From NCBI GenBank assembly GCA_030390025.1, contig JASTWF010000035.1, positions 868,001-932,000 of the forward strand: a stretch of 64,000 bases of DNA, in the 5' to 3' direction. This stretch comes from Squalus acanthias (lineage: Eukaryota). A program made the position numbers and the translations under genes. A model generated the notes under the pieces. That model made no database searches. It was not told where the DNA came from and saw only the letters and a list, made by a program, of their open reading frames with translations. This document shows, piece by piece, positions 1 to 12,870 of this stretch. Numbering within the stretch: the stretch's first letter is position 1; the number at the start of each line of letters is the position of its first letter.

Positions 1-389
1 ATAGTTAATGTGGTTCAGGAGAGCGAGACAACTTTTAAAACATTGACACATACTCCATCGAGAAACTATCTAATTAATGAAACAATCAGAATAGAGTTAA
101 ACACACTGGTACCTGTTAGAGGGATTGGAAATTGAAGTTGAAGTGGAGAGTTACCTGGAATCTGGATTGGGACAATTGAGGGCTAAGGAGAAATCATGTT
201 TAGTAAGAATTATCCACAATATGGATATGAGTAAAAAAAAGCGATCTGGAGAATCTTTTAAGTCCATGATTTGTTGATTAGATGTTAAACTGTAATGTTA
301 CTTGAAATGATTGTAAGACTGAATTTAACTGTGACTGTAATAATTGTGTTTTGTAGGTAACAGAGTGTGGGAAAAACCAGTGCGAATCC

Positions 390-870
390 AGTATGAGGTG
401 GTTTTGGTGGTGCCTCCTGTGTCACTACTACCGCAACTACCATGCTTTACGGGTCTAACAGGACCTGTCCCATCAACCAACACGTTTTACATAATATCGA
501 AACCTATGCTCAAGTGAAACTGACAGTAAATGAGGTACTTAAGTATGAGCTGCACAATTATGTGGCACAATTCGGATACGACATTCCCCTGTTGTCTAAG
601 GTTATCAGTGAGCTCATGATGCGACTGAACTCCTCCCTAAAGCATTTTTATGTTTTGAAGGAAGATAACTCGAGAATAGATATTGAAATTGACAGCATAG
701 AGGACAACTCACACTGGTGGGATATTGGGCTTAATATATCAGCACACCCTTAGATTTGTATTATTTCACACGCTCTGGTAGTTCTCCAACTTGTAATGAT
801 AGTGTATTTGATATATGTAACCTATGTAGTAAGATACACAAGCCAATTGGGTACTCATGCCCATGACTAA
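390..870 (+). pseudogene. Decayed C-terminal part of a membrane glycoprotein, possibly an F-type (loki/gypsy-like) env
   Basis: One frame reads GGFGGASCVTTTATTMLYGSNRTCPINQ...SHWWDIGLNISAHP*ICIISHALVVLQLVMIVYLIYVTYVV: Cys motif, N-glycosylation sequons, helical stretch, WW, then a hydrophobic TM-like segment after one TAG. Family assignment is inference. Confidence 0.5.
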
Positions 871-1419
871 CCAGCACTAACAAATTGAGCACACCGAAAG
901 AGAAGATCCGAAGCAATGTAGAGGAGACCCCAGGCGGGGTAACATCAGGAAGATAGAAGAAACAGAGGATACCCCAGGCGGGGCAGAATTGGAACACCGG
1001 AAAAATGAATTGAATTTGAGTAAGGGGTCAGAGGTTGCTCCTTCTCCTCAAAGGAATGGACTATTAGAAGGGAGAAATCTTCAAGACTCCCTACTAACTA
1101 ATGCCCAAGTTGAGAGAGCAATAAGAACTAGCCAGATTAGTCAAGAGCCGATTGTGAGAAGTCAATAAGGATTATTTCCTTCTCAAAGAAGGGAATTGTA
1201 AGAAATAGCTGTTAGATTCAAAGATGGGTTTTAATTCTTAGAACAGAAACTGATAACATGCAACCAGGAACAGATAGCAGAAATGCCAGCAAGGTCGAAT
1301 ATCAAGCATCAAAAGACAAATAGAAGTGATAAGGGAATCATAAAATGCAAAACAACACAGGGTGGGAGATAATAGACAAAAAATGGAGTCAAAAAATTAA
1401 ATTTTGAAGGACTTACACA

Positions 1420-2588
1420 ATGAAGCTGTTACTTATATTTTGCATATTAATCGGACTGATACGCATGACGTGCCAAAGAGGTGGGGAAGGATCCCGAAAG
1501 AAACGAGAATTACACGTTAACACTTTCTTGTACATGTCTTATGAGCATGCTCAGCCCAATTATAATCATACTCGAACACCCCCGTTTCTTGTATTAACTA
1601 ATACCTCAGGAGTCGGTAGACCACAAGGGGCATTATGTTTTAAAAAGCAGGCTGCAGTAAGCAGGATGCAGGATGAAAAGAAAGTCGGAGAGAGTTCCTG
1701 TAATCAAACAGTCATGTGGCAACCACCAATTCCTGGCCTGCTTGAGCAGGGATTTTTTCAGTTTGACTGGACTAAAGTAAATAATAAAACCAGTAGGTCC
1801 CACTGGACAGGCGACGCTATCCGAATATGGATGGGAGGAGAGGGAAACTTGACGGCCTATAATTGCACCTATTTTCTATGCGGGAACAAGGCTTATCCAT
1901 GGTTGCCACATAACTGGACAGGGTCCTGCTATTTGGGTTATGTAGTACCTTATATCCACATTTTAGACAACATAGGAGAACATTATGAATTCCAAAGAAG
2001 TAAAAGAGAGATAGCAACTTATGAAAGAGTCTTTGGAGTATTAATAGCCCCATACGGAATAGGGATGTTAATGGGAGAAGTAAACGAGCTAGCAGATCTG
2101 ATAGAAAAAGTGGCAAATGAAACTGAGGAAGGATTGTCCGAAATGAGTGCTGAAATGTTAGCTATAAGAGTAATGACATTGCAGAATCGAATGGCATTAG
2201 ATTATCTGTTGGCAAATAAAGGAGGAACTTGTGCTTTGATAGGGAGTGAATGTTGTACCTATATCCCAGACAGTTCAGAAAATATAACTAACATAGTTAA
2301 ACACATAAGAGATGCAGTGAGTCATATAAGAATCCAAAGAGCCAAGGATGGTTTGACTGGATACTGGGAGGATGGCTGGGATCAATGGGACAAATATTAT
2401 TGCATGGATTAGTAGTAGTGGTAGCAGTAATTCTGTTTGTCACAATGATTAAATGCTGTTGTAATAGGCTAGGTAAGGCAGTTATACCTGGAGGAAGTAT
2501 GATGGTACAGAGGGAAGTAAATGAAGAAGAAGAGAAGAACAGTCCCCTAGGGGAAGAGCTAAGGCGATTGGGTAAGATAAATTTTTAA
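1420..2588 (+). pseudogene. env: Gamma-type retroviral envelope, internally deleted and frameshifted (~2345) before the TM anchor
   Basis: Signal peptide, RSKR furin site, ISD LQNRMALDYLLANKGGTC and CX6CC (CALIGSECC). The FDWILGGWLGSMGQILL..TM segment lies in a second frame (ORF 2385-2588). Confidence 0.93.
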
Positions 2589-2866
2589 GGATTAGATGAC
2601 CAAGATGATGCCAGTTACAGTGGCCAAAATTAAAACTGGACAAATTAGAATTGAAAGAATTACATGCCCAACCCTAAGGATAGACAGAAAGGAGAGATGA
2701 TCTTAAATAAGGTCAGCCATCAATACAGGTATAATCCCGAGGATGGTTAAAACAGAAAAGAAGTTGGCATCCCTGGCCAAAATCCAAATTTGGTACAGGA
2801 ACCGACAGGAGAGACCGAAAGGGTTAAATTGAGCTATTTTGTCCTAGAAGGACAAAAAGGGGGGAA

Positions 2867-3407
2867 TGTGGAAGTGTATTTTTGTCTCGGACACAAAATG
2901 GCTTCCTAGACACAAAGAGTGATACAAAATGGCCGACTCTGACTTGTTTGGGAAAAGATAAAGTTGTTTATGACTTCTCATGGAGATGAATTTAAACTTT
3001 GCAGACTATGTTGTTTTCATAGTCTGCTAGTACAGAAAAAAAGGGCTTCTTCTAATCAACTTGAGATAACCAAGGACTAGTGAAGTAAACAGCCAGATGG
3101 CTTGGCCTTGGTGGGAGAAGAAGAACAGATAGACAGACTCCATGACTGTAGCGATTAGCTAGTCTCATCGTAAGGCATTTCTATATTTTTTTAACTTTTA
3201 ACTTAGCTTAACTTAAACAACATGTCATGTGATATGGAAAGCTTGTATTTTCAGTGTATAAGGATGTTCCATTTTCTGTGATTTTTCAGAGTGTCATCGT
3301 AACCATTGACTGCGGTGCATTCTCCTTGCAAGCAAGTAAATAATAAAGCCTGTCTTTGTCGATACTTTATGTTTCAAGAGTCTTACTCGGAAGTCGAAAC
3401 TTCGACA
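2867..3407 (+). repeat. 3' LTR of ERV copy 1 (541 bp)
   Basis: Starts TGTGGAAG after the PPT and ends TTCGACA. TATA-like tgtataag and AATAAA are present. Homologous to the LTRs at 31769 and 40546. Confidence 0.93.
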
Positions 3408-4320
3408 GATTGTGAGTTGTGAGGAGGATGCACAGAGGCTTCAAGGCGATTTAGACAAGTTGAGTGAGTGGGCAAATACATGGCAGATGCAGTATAACGT
3501 GGATAAATGTGAAGTTATCCACTTCGGTAGGAAAAACAGAAAGGCAGAGCATTATTTAAATGGTGATAGATTGGGAAATGTTGATGTATAAAGGGACCTG
3601 GGTGTCCTTGTACACCAGTCACTGAAAGCAAACATGCAGGTGCAGCAAGCAGTTAGGAAGGCAAATGGTATGTTGGCCTTCATTGCAAGGGGATTTGAGT
3701 ACAGGAGCAAGGATGTCTTACTACACTTATACAGGGCCTTGGTGAGACCACACCTGGAGTACTGTGTGCAGTTTTGGTCTCCTTACCTAAGAAAGGATAT
3801 ACATGCCATAGAGGGAGTACAGCAAAGGTTCACCAGACTGATTCCTGTATTGGCAGGACTGTCGTATGAGGAGAGATTGGGCCGACTAGGCCTGTATTCA
3901 CTAGAGTTTAGAAGAATGAGAGGGGATCTCGTGCAAACGTATAATATTGTGACAGGGCTAGACAGACTGGATGCAGCGAGGATGTTTTCCCTGTCTGGGG
4001 GGTCTAGAACGAGGGGTCACAGTCTCAGGATACGGGGTAGGACATTTAGGACTGAGATGAGGAGAAATTTCTTCACTCAGAGGGTGGTGAACCTGTGGAA
4101 TTCTCTACCACAGACAGCTGTGGAGGCCAAGTCACTGAACATATTTAAGAAGGAGATAGATAGATTTCTAGACACAAAAGGCATCAAGGGGTATGGGGAG
4201 AGAGCAGGAATATGGTATTGAGATAGAGGATCAGCCATGATCATATTAAATGGCGGAGCAGGCGCGAAGGTATATATATATATATATACATACTCCTGCT
4301 CCTATTTCTTATGCTCTTAA
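3408..4320 (+). mobile_element. CR1 LINE, 3' portion (RT C-terminus and tail); host site of ERV copy 1
   Basis: ORF 3634-4221 contains [15 protein letters not shown]; typical CR1 3' UTR follows. Confidence 0.93.
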
Positions 4321-4477
4321 CCACTAGAGTATCGTACCCAGGTCTTGTGAGGTCAGCTACAACAGTACTTAATGCAAATGATTGCGGCCCTCATAAATGC
4401 ACAGTATTGAATGTCCGGGTGAACACTGAGTCTTAGCGACAGACCCCATCCCCACCTCCAGCCCCGGCTGTTCCTAC

Positions 4478-4669
4478 CTGTGTGACGGAGTTGATTGGAC
4501 AGCTCCAGTGTGAACAGGACGTTCATTAGTTTGGTGTTGTTGTACATCACATTTGACCAGGAGTTTGGCAGGTTGTCGCCTCTCAGCTGCCTGAAGTCTA
4601 CCTCCCCCTTTCTGTGAAGCATCGAAGAGACATTCACAATCCGTGCATTCTGCGAGCACTTCACCAAAT
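4478..4669 (-). CDS. Retinol dehydrogenase 11/12-like SDR, coding exon 4
   Basis: AG/GT bounded, 192 bp, phase 1/1. (D)LVKCSQNARIVNVSS...MYNNTKLMNVLFTLEL contains the catalytic Ser and YxxxK. Confidence 0.92.
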
Positions 4670-4720
4670 CTAAAAATTGGAAACGAGATTGTGACAAAAC
4701 GACATAGAATAACATAGAAT

Positions 4721-4884
4721 CAATGTTCCCCCTGATTTATTTTTGGGTGCGCGGTCCCTTTAACGGACTGCGCGGCCCATTCAACATTTCGAGCATGTGT
4801 GAAATCTCCCATTGAAAAGCCGTTGATCGGCCTGCGCGGGAACTCCAGACAGCCCCGAGGCCGCACAGCTTAACAAGAACGTTG
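4721..4884. mobile_element. hAT-type MITE (164 bp)
   Basis: Termini CAATGTTC...GAACGTTG, flanked by an 8-bp TSD CATAGAAT (4713-4720, 4885-4892). Confidence 0.8.
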
Positions 4885-5001
4885 CATAGAATGTACAGCA
4901 CAGAAACAGGCCATTCAGCCGGTGTTTATGCTCCACACCAGCCTCCTCCCACCCCTCTTCATCTCACCCCATCAGCATATCCTTCTATTCCTTTCTCCCT
5001 C

Positions 5002-8000
5002 ATAAGAACATAAGAACATAAGAACATAAGAAATAGGAGCAGGAGTAGGCCAATCGGCCCCTCGAGCCTGCTCCGCCATTCAATAAGATCATGGCTGATC
5101 TGATCCTAACCGCCAATCTACTATCTATCACAGAACCATCTCCTGCATCTAACAGAATTGCACACACGAAATAGGAGCAGAATCAGGCTACACAGTCCCT
5201 GGGCCCGCTCCACTACCCACAGGGCCATGACCGATCCGAACCTAGACTCATGTCCAAATTCCTGCCCGCTCCCCGTAACCCTTAATGCCCTTTACTTCTA
5301 GGAAACTGTCTATTTCTGTTTTAAATTTAATTAATGTTGTAGCTTCTACAGCTTTTTGTGGCAGCATATTCCATGGACCTACCACCCTCTGAGTGAAGTA
5401 GTTCCTCCTCATCTCAGTTTTGAAAGAGCAGCCCCTTATTCTAAGACTATGTCCCCTAGTTCTCGTCTCACCCGTCATCGGGAACATCCTCCCCGCATCC
5501 ACCCGATCCAACCCCTTCACAATCTTATATGTTTCAATAAGATCGCCTCTCATTCTTCTGAACTCCAATGAGTAGAGTCCCAATCTACCCAACCTCTCCT
5601 CATATGACCACCCCCTCATCCCCGGGATTAACCGAGTGAACCTTTTTTGCACTGCCTCGAGAGCAAGGATGTCTTTCCTTAAGTAAGGACACCAAAACTG
5701 TATGCAGTATTCCAGGTGCGGTCTCACCAATACCTTGTACAACTGAAGCAATACCTCCCTATTTTTATATTCTATCCCCCTAGCAATGAAAGCCAACATT
5801 CCATTTGCCTTCTTAATCACTTGCTGCACCTGCATACTAACCTTTTGAGTTTCGTGCACCAGTACCCCCAGATCCCTTTGCACTTCAGTACTCTCCAGTT
5901 TCTTGCCATTAAGATAATAAATTGCTCTAGGATTTTTCCTGCCAAAGTGCATCACCTCACACTTTCCAGTGTTGTATTCCATCTGCCAAATCTCTGCCCA
6001 CTTACTTAGCCTGTCTATGTCCCCTTGCAGGTTTTTTATGTCCTCCTCACTCACTCACTACTTTCCCTCCCATCTTTGTATCATCTGCAAATTTTGATAT
6101 GTTACACTTGGTCCCTTCCTCCAAATCGTTAATATAGATTGTGAAGAGTTGGGGACCCAGCACTGACCCCTGTGGAACACCACTAGTTACTGATTGCCAG
6201 TCTGAGAATGAACCATTTATCCCAACTCTTTGCTTTCTGTTAGATAGCCAATCCTCTATCCATGCCAGAATATTACCCCCAATCCCGTGATTTTTTACCT
6301 TAAGCAATAATCTTTTGTGTGGCACCTTGTCAAATGCCTTTTGGAAGTCTAAATACACTACGTCCACTGGTTCCCCTTTATCCACTCTATATGTTACTTC
6401 CTCAAAGAACTCCAGCAAATTTGTCAAACATGACTTCCCCTTCGTAAAACCATGCTGACTTTGTCCTATTAAATTATGATTATCCAAATGTCCTGTTACT
6501 GTTTCCTTAATAATGGACTCCAAAATTTTACCTACCACAGATGTTAGGCTAACCGGTCTATAGTTACCAGCCTTCTGTCTACTGCCCTTTTTAAATAAGG
6601 GTGTTACATTAGCAGTTTTCCAGTCTGCCGGGACCTTAGCGGAATCCAGGGAGTTTTGAAAAATTATTACCAATGCATCTACAATCCCTACCGCCACTTC
6701 CTTCAAGACTCTAGGATGTAAGCCATCAGGTCCAGGTGATTTATCCGCCTTGAGTCCCATTATTTTACCGAGTACCACTTCCTTAGTGATTTTGATCGTG
6801 TTTAGCTCCTCTCCCCCTATAGCCCCCTGTTTGTCCAGTGTTGGGATATTCTTAGTGTCCTCTACTGTAAAGACTGATACAAAATATTCATTCAGTGTTT
6901 TTGCCATCTCCATATTTCCCACCATTAATTTCCCGGTCTCATCCTCTAAGGGACCAACATTTACTTTAGCCACCCTTTTTCTTTTTATATAACTATAAAA
7001 ACTCTTACTATCTGTTTTTATATTTTTTGCTAATTTACTTTCATAATCTATCTTCCCTTTCTTAATCAATCTTTTTGTTATTTTTTGCTGCCTTTTAAAG
7101 TTTTCCCAATCCTCTGTCCTCCCACTAGATTTCGCTACCTTATATGCCCTTGTTTTTAGTCGAATACTATCCTTAATTTCTTTACTTAGCCACGGATGAC
7201 TGTCCTTTCTTTTACACCCTTTTCTTTTCAGTGGAATATATTTTTTTTGGAAGTTGTAAAATAACTCCTTGAATGTACACCACTGATCATGTGTCGTCTT
7301 ACCCTTTAATCTATTTTCCCAATCCACTCTACTCAATTCCGCTCGCATACCTTCATAGTCTCCTTTATTCAAGCTTAGCACGCTTGTTTGAGATCCAACC
7401 TTCTCACCCTCAAATTGAATATGGAATTCAACCATGTTATGGTCACTCATTCCAAGGGGATCCTTTACTAGGACATTTTTAATTAATCCTGTCTCGTTAC
7501 ACAGGACCAGATCTAAGGTTGCTTGCCCCCTGGTCGGTTCAGTTACATACTGCTCAAGAAACCCATCCCTAATACACTCAATGAACTCATCCTCAAGGCA
7601 GCCCTGCCCCATTTGATTTGTCCAATTAATATGATAGTTAAAATCCCCCATAATTATAGATGTTCCCTTATTACATGCCTCAACTATTTCCTGATTGATA
7701 CTCCGTCCAATAGAGTTGCAACTGTTCGGAGGCCTATAGACTACGCCCACTAATGTTTTTTTCCCCTTATTATTCCTTATCTCCACCCAAACTGTTTCAT
7801 TATCATGATTTTTTGACCCAATATCATTACTCTGTATTACAGTGATTCCTTCCTTTATTAACATAGCCACCCCACCTCCCCTTCCTTCCTGCCTGTCCTT
7901 CCTGATCGTTAAATAACCTGGTATGTTTAATTCCCAGGCATTGTCACCCTGCAGCCATGTTTCTGTAATGGCCACAATATCATAACCATATGTAGTTATT

Positions 8001-8262
8001 TGTGCCATTAACTCGTCTATTTTGTTACGAATGCTACGTGCATTCAGATAGAGAACTTTCAAATATGCTTTGTGGCACTTAGTTCCTGCTTTTTCACTTT
8101 TTACCAGTTTACCTTTTACTCCACACACTCTGTCCCTTCCTGCCACGCTCTGATTTGTGATTCCCCTACTGCTACCTATGTCTATGACCCTCTCTGTTGT
8201 CATTTTTATTTTTTGCTCTCTTGAAACCTCCCCCCCACTAATTAGTTTAAAGCCCTCTCCAC
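5002..8262 (-). mobile_element. CR1 LINE with complete ORF2 (APE+RT), one frameshift at ~6050
   Basis: ORFs 8203-6047 and 6054-5248. A 4-bp GAGT duplication relative to the paralogous copy at ~42425 explains the shift. (TTCTTATG)n tail. Confidence 0.96.
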
Positions 8263-8399
8263 AGCCCTAGTTATTCGATGTGTTTATCGAGCTTCCCCTT
8301 AAATGCATCTATGCTATTTGACTCAACCACTCCCTGTGAAAGCTCTCTGGGCAAAGAAGTTTCTTCTGAATTCCTTATTGGATTTATTAGTGACTGAAG

Positions 8400-9806
8400 T
8401 CAATGGAAATCAGGGGGAAAAGGCTCCACTGGCTGGAGTCGTACCTAGCACAAAGGAAGATGGTTATGGTGGTTGGAGGTCAATCATCACAGCTCCAAGA
8501 CATCGCTGTAGGAGTTACACAGGGCAGTGTCCTAGGCCCAACCATCTTCAGCAGCTTCATCAATGACCTTCCCTCCAACATAAGGTCAGAAATGGGGATG
8601 TTCGCTGATGACTGCATAGTTTTCAGCGCCATTCACAACTCCTCAGATAATGAAGCAGTCCATGCCCGCAAGCAACAATACCTGGACGACGTTCAGGCTT
8701 GGGCTGATAAGTAGCAGGTAACAATCGCGCCACACAAGTGCCAGGCAATGATCATCTCCAACAAGCGAGAGTCTAACCACCGCCCCTTGACATTCAATGT
8801 CATTACCATTGCCGAATCCCCCACCATCAACATCCTGAGGGGTCACCATTGACCAGAAACTTAACTGGACCAGCCACATAAATACTGTGGCAACAAAAGC
8901 AGGTCAGAGGCTAGGTATTCTGCAGCGAGTGTCTCACCTCCTGACTCCCCAAAGCTTTTCCACCATCTACAAGGCACAAGTAAGGAGTGTGATGGAATAC
9001 TCTCCACTTGCCTGGATGAGTGCAGCTCCAACAACACTCAAGAAGCTCGACTCCATCCAGAACAAAGCAGCCCGCTTGATTGGCACCCCATCCACCACCT
9101 TAAACATTCACTCCCTCCACCACCGGCGCACCGTGGCTGCAGTGTGTACCATCTACAAGATGCACTGCAGCAACTCGCCAAGGCTTCTTCGGCAGCACCT
9201 CTCAAACCCGCGGCCTCTTCCACCTAGAAGGACAAGGGCAGCAGGCGCATGGGAACACCACCAAATCCAAGTTCCTCTACAAGTCACACACCATCCTGAC
9301 TTAGAAATATATCGCCGATCCTTCATCATCACTGGGTCAAAATCCTGGAATTCCCTCCCTTACAGCACTGTGGGAGTACCTTCACCACACGGACTGCAGC
9401 GGTTCAAGAAGGTGGCAACACGGTGGCATAGTGGTTAGCACTGTTGCCTCACAGCGCCAGGGACCCGGGCTTGAATCCGGCCTTGGGTGACTGTCTGTGT
9501 GGAGTTTGCACATTCTCCCCGTGTCTGCGTGGGTTTCCTCCGGGTGCTCCGGTTTCCTCCCACAGTCCAAAGATGTGCGGGTTAGGTTGATTTGGCTATG
9601 ATAAATTGACCCTTAGTGTTAGGGGGGTTAAATACGGGGATAGGGTGGGATATGTGTCGGTGTAGGCTCGATGGGCCGAAATGGCCTCTATCTGCATTGT
9701 GGGGATTCTGAAGGCGGCTCACCACCACCTTCTCAAGGGCAATTAGGGATGGGCAATAAATGCTGGCCTTGCCAGCGACGCCCACATCCCATAAACGAAT
9801 AAAAAA
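8400..9806 (+). mobile_element. 5'-truncated LINE of a second family (CR1/Jockey group, Zenon-like), split by a SINE
   Basis: GVTQGSVLGP..FADD RT motifs and IYKAQVRSVMEYSPLAW. Same family at 27.4, 44, 49.5 and 54-56 kb. Confidence 0.88.
9414..9709 (+). mobile_element. tRNA-derived V-SINE (HE1-like)
   Basis: A/B boxes (tggcatagtgg; gcttgaatcc), V-domain gtggagtttgcacattctccccgtgtctgcgtgggtttcctccggg, CR1-like tail and a gaagg(t/c)ggc duplication at the flanks. Confidence 0.88.
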
Positions 9807-10183
9807 ATATATTGATGGGCCCTAGTTCTGGTCTCCCCCGCAAGTGGAAACATCTTCTCTATATCTACCCTATCAAACCCGTTCATAATCTAGAGAAAAG
9901 AGCCCCAGCCTGTTCAATCTTTCCTGATAGGTATAATCTCTCAGTTCTGGTCTAATTCTTGTCAATCTTTTTTGCACCTTCTCCAGTGCCTCTATATCCT
10001 TTATAATACGGCGACCAGAACTGTGCACAGTGCTCCAAGTGTGATCGAACCAAGGTTCCATACAAGTTTAGCATAACTTCTCTGCTTTCCATTTCTATCC
10101 CTCTAGAAATGAACCCAATGCTTGGTTTGCTTTTTATGGCCTTATTGACCTGTATTATCATCAATGCGGAGAGAATCACTCAC

Positions 10184-10273
10184 CCAGCAGCAGGCTTGTC
10201 AGGAGGAATGCGCCCAGGTGGTTGGTGGCATAGGTCAGTTCCAAACCCTCAGAGGTGATTGCCGGCTTCAAAC
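10184..10273 (-). CDS. Retinol dehydrogenase-like SDR, coding exon 3 (not in the ORF track)
   Basis: ctctctcag|...|gtgagt, 90 bp, (G)LKPAITSEGLELTYATNHLGAFLLTSLLL. Joins exons 2 and 4 in frame. Confidence 0.92.
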
Positions 10274-10343
10274 CTGAGAGAGAAGACACTCGGCTGCGTT
10301 AATCCAGATCCAGAGCAATTACCCAGCACAAAGTCCCTTCGAT

Positions 10344-12830
10344 TCATAAGAGCATAAGAAATAGGAGCAGGAATCGGCCATTCGGCCCCTCGAGCCTGCT
10401 CCGTCATTCAATAAGATCATGGCTGATCCGATTTTGGCCTCAACTCCACTTTCCTGCCCATTCCCCATAACCCTTGACTCCACTGTTTTTCAAAAATCTG
10501 TTTATCTCCGCCTTGAATATATTCAATGACTCCGCCTCCACAGCTCTCTGGGGAAGAGAATTCCAAAGATTCACGACCCGCTGAGAGAAGAAATTCCTCT
10601 TCATTTCCATTTTAAATGGACGACCCCTTATTCTGAAACTATGCCCCCTAGTTCTAGATTCCCCCACGAGGGGAAACATCCTCTCTGCATCTACCTTGTC
10701 GAGGCCCCTCAGATTCTTATATGTTTCAATAAGATCACCTCTCATTCTTCTAAACTCCAATGAGTATAGGCCCAACCTGCTCAACCTTTCCTCATAAAAT
10801 AACACCTTCAACTCAGGAATCAACCTCGTGAACCTTCTCTGCACTGCCTCCAATGCAAGTATATCCCTCCTTAAATAAGGAGACCAAAACTGTACGCGGT
10901 ACTCCAGGTGTGGTCTCACCAACGCCCTGTACAGTTGTAGCAAGACTTCCCTACTTTTATACTCCATCCCCCTTGCAATAAAGGCCAATATTCCATTTGC
11001 CTTCCTAATTACTTGCTGTACCTGCATGCTAACTTTGTGTGTTTCATGTACGAGGACCCCCAGATCCCTCTGTACCGCAGCATTCTGTAGTCTCTCCCCA
11101 TTTAAATAATATTTTGCTTTTTTATTCTTCCTACCAAAGTGGATAACCTCACATTTTCCCACATTATACTCCATCTGCCAAATTTTGGCCCACTCACTGA
11201 ACCTATCTATATCCCTTTGTAGACTCTTTGGGGGAGAAATTCAGTATCGTCCCATTTGGGGCGCAATTATCGCCACCGACTGCAAACTTGACTTTTATCG
11301 CCCCTGGAGGTGATTGGAGCGCTAAATCAGGCGCTTCACACCTGTCTTAAGGCGCAAAGGCCGAGGAGCGAGGCGCTAACTCAGTGCGCTGGCGAAGCTC
11401 ATGTGATGTCAGTCAGCAATGGAACACACACACAATGGCACCGGCCAGTTCTTAAAGGGGACGGTTAATCTTGCTTTCCATCCACATCCTGCTCATTGCA
11501 GCCTTGAATCTCGGCCTGGAGAGACCTGCACATCAAATCTGCTGGAACGAACAATGGAGAGTACCAGGCAAAGAGCTCAGAGTGCAGCCCCCACAGTCTC
11601 TTCTAAATCGATAAAAGGAATGGCAAATCAAAATGAACCTGCAAAGTGCTGCTCAGTACCCAAAACTCCTTCACACAACGTTGAATCTCTCCAGAAGTCT
11701 CTCTTTCTCTCTCTCAGAATGCGTAGTTCAAAAATGGCACCAACAATAAAAGGCAGGAAGCGGTCACCTTTAAATAGCGCTCCCCCTTTCCCTTCATGAC
11801 TGCAGAACGCTCCCCTCAACCTGTCGTTGCTAGTGTCAGGCAGTAAGGCAGGGGGCGCCACTCAATATCCGCTCCGGGGCGATACCGGGGCGTTGCGCAC
11901 TCGACTGACGTCACGATCTGCCGGCGCAGGAGATCGTGGCGGTAGTGTTTAGCGCCGCCGCAAAATGTCTAGTTAATTTCACGAGCGCCGCAAACTTCGC
12001 CGCGCCTGGGCGCTAGATGCTTTGCGCCCCATTAGCGCCCTCTTAAGGCGCTAACGGGAGGCGCAACCAACTGAATTTTTCCCCCTTTGTGTCCTCTCAC
12101 AACTTGCTTTCCTACTTATCTTTGTATCGTCAGCAAATTTGGCAACAGTACACTCGGTCCCTTCATCCAAGTCATTAATATAGATTGTAAATAGTTGAGG
12201 CCCCAGCACCGATCCCTGTGGCACCCCACTAGTTACAGTTTGCCAACCTGAAAATGACCCATTTATCCCGACTCTCTGATTTCTGTCAGTTAGCCAATCC
12301 TCTGTCCAGTCTAATATATTACCCCCCACCCCGTGAGCTCTTATCTTAACAACATAAGAAATAAGAGCAAGAGTAGGCTATACGGCCCCTCGAGCCTGCT
12401 CTGCCATTCAATAAGATCATGGCTGAAAATCGACCTCAACTCCACTTTCCCGCCCGATCTCCAGATCTTGTGCAGGAACCTTTTATGTGGCACCTTATCG
12501 AATGCCTTCTGGAAATCCAAATACACTACATCTACTGGTTTCCCTTTATCCAACCTGTTTGTTACATCCTCAAAGAACTCTAGTAAATTTGTCAAACACG
12601 ATTTCACTTTCATAAAACCATGTTGACTCTGCTTGATTGTATTATGATTTTCTAAATGTCCTGCTATTACTTCCTTAATAATGGATTCCAGCATTTTCCC
12701 AAATTCAATGTTAGGCTAACGGGCCTATAGTTTCCTGCTTTCTGTCTCCCTCATTTCTTGAATAGGGGAGTTACATTTGCGGTTTTCCAATCCGCTAAGA
12801 TCTCTCCAGAATCCAGGGAATTTTGGTTCA
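10344..12830 (-). mobile_element. CR1 LINE (RT region) interrupted by a Harbinger MITE and a short CR1 tail
   Basis: ORFs 12694-12341, 12329-12051 and 11174-10440 are consecutive CR1 RT segments. Confidence 0.9.
11230..12085 (+). mobile_element. Non-autonomous PIF/Harbinger element (MITE), copy A
   Basis: TIRs GGGGGAGAAATTCAG...CTGAATTTTTCCCCC, 3-bp TSD TTT. Two more copies in the window have TAA TSDs. Confidence 0.88.
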
Positions 12831-12870
12831 GTCCAGCTGTAAACACACTGCAGCCATTTTCATCACGCTG

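Larger units (their letters stand above)
1..3407 (+). mobile_element. 3' part of non-autonomous ERV provirus (copy 1), sister of the 31769-41067 element
   Basis: 1-1419 closely matches ~36200-37558. Env ORF, PPT (aaaaaggggggaa) and a TG..CA LTR follow, then CR1 sequence. Confidence 0.93.

Noticed and set aside
9414..9490. tRNA-like A/B boxes
   Set aside because: SINE head, not a tRNA gene.
11419..11799. MEHTHNGTG.. ORF recurring three times (also 33162, 41404)
   Set aside because: Recurs because it lies in MITE copies. C-termini and lengths differ and no domain is recognisable.
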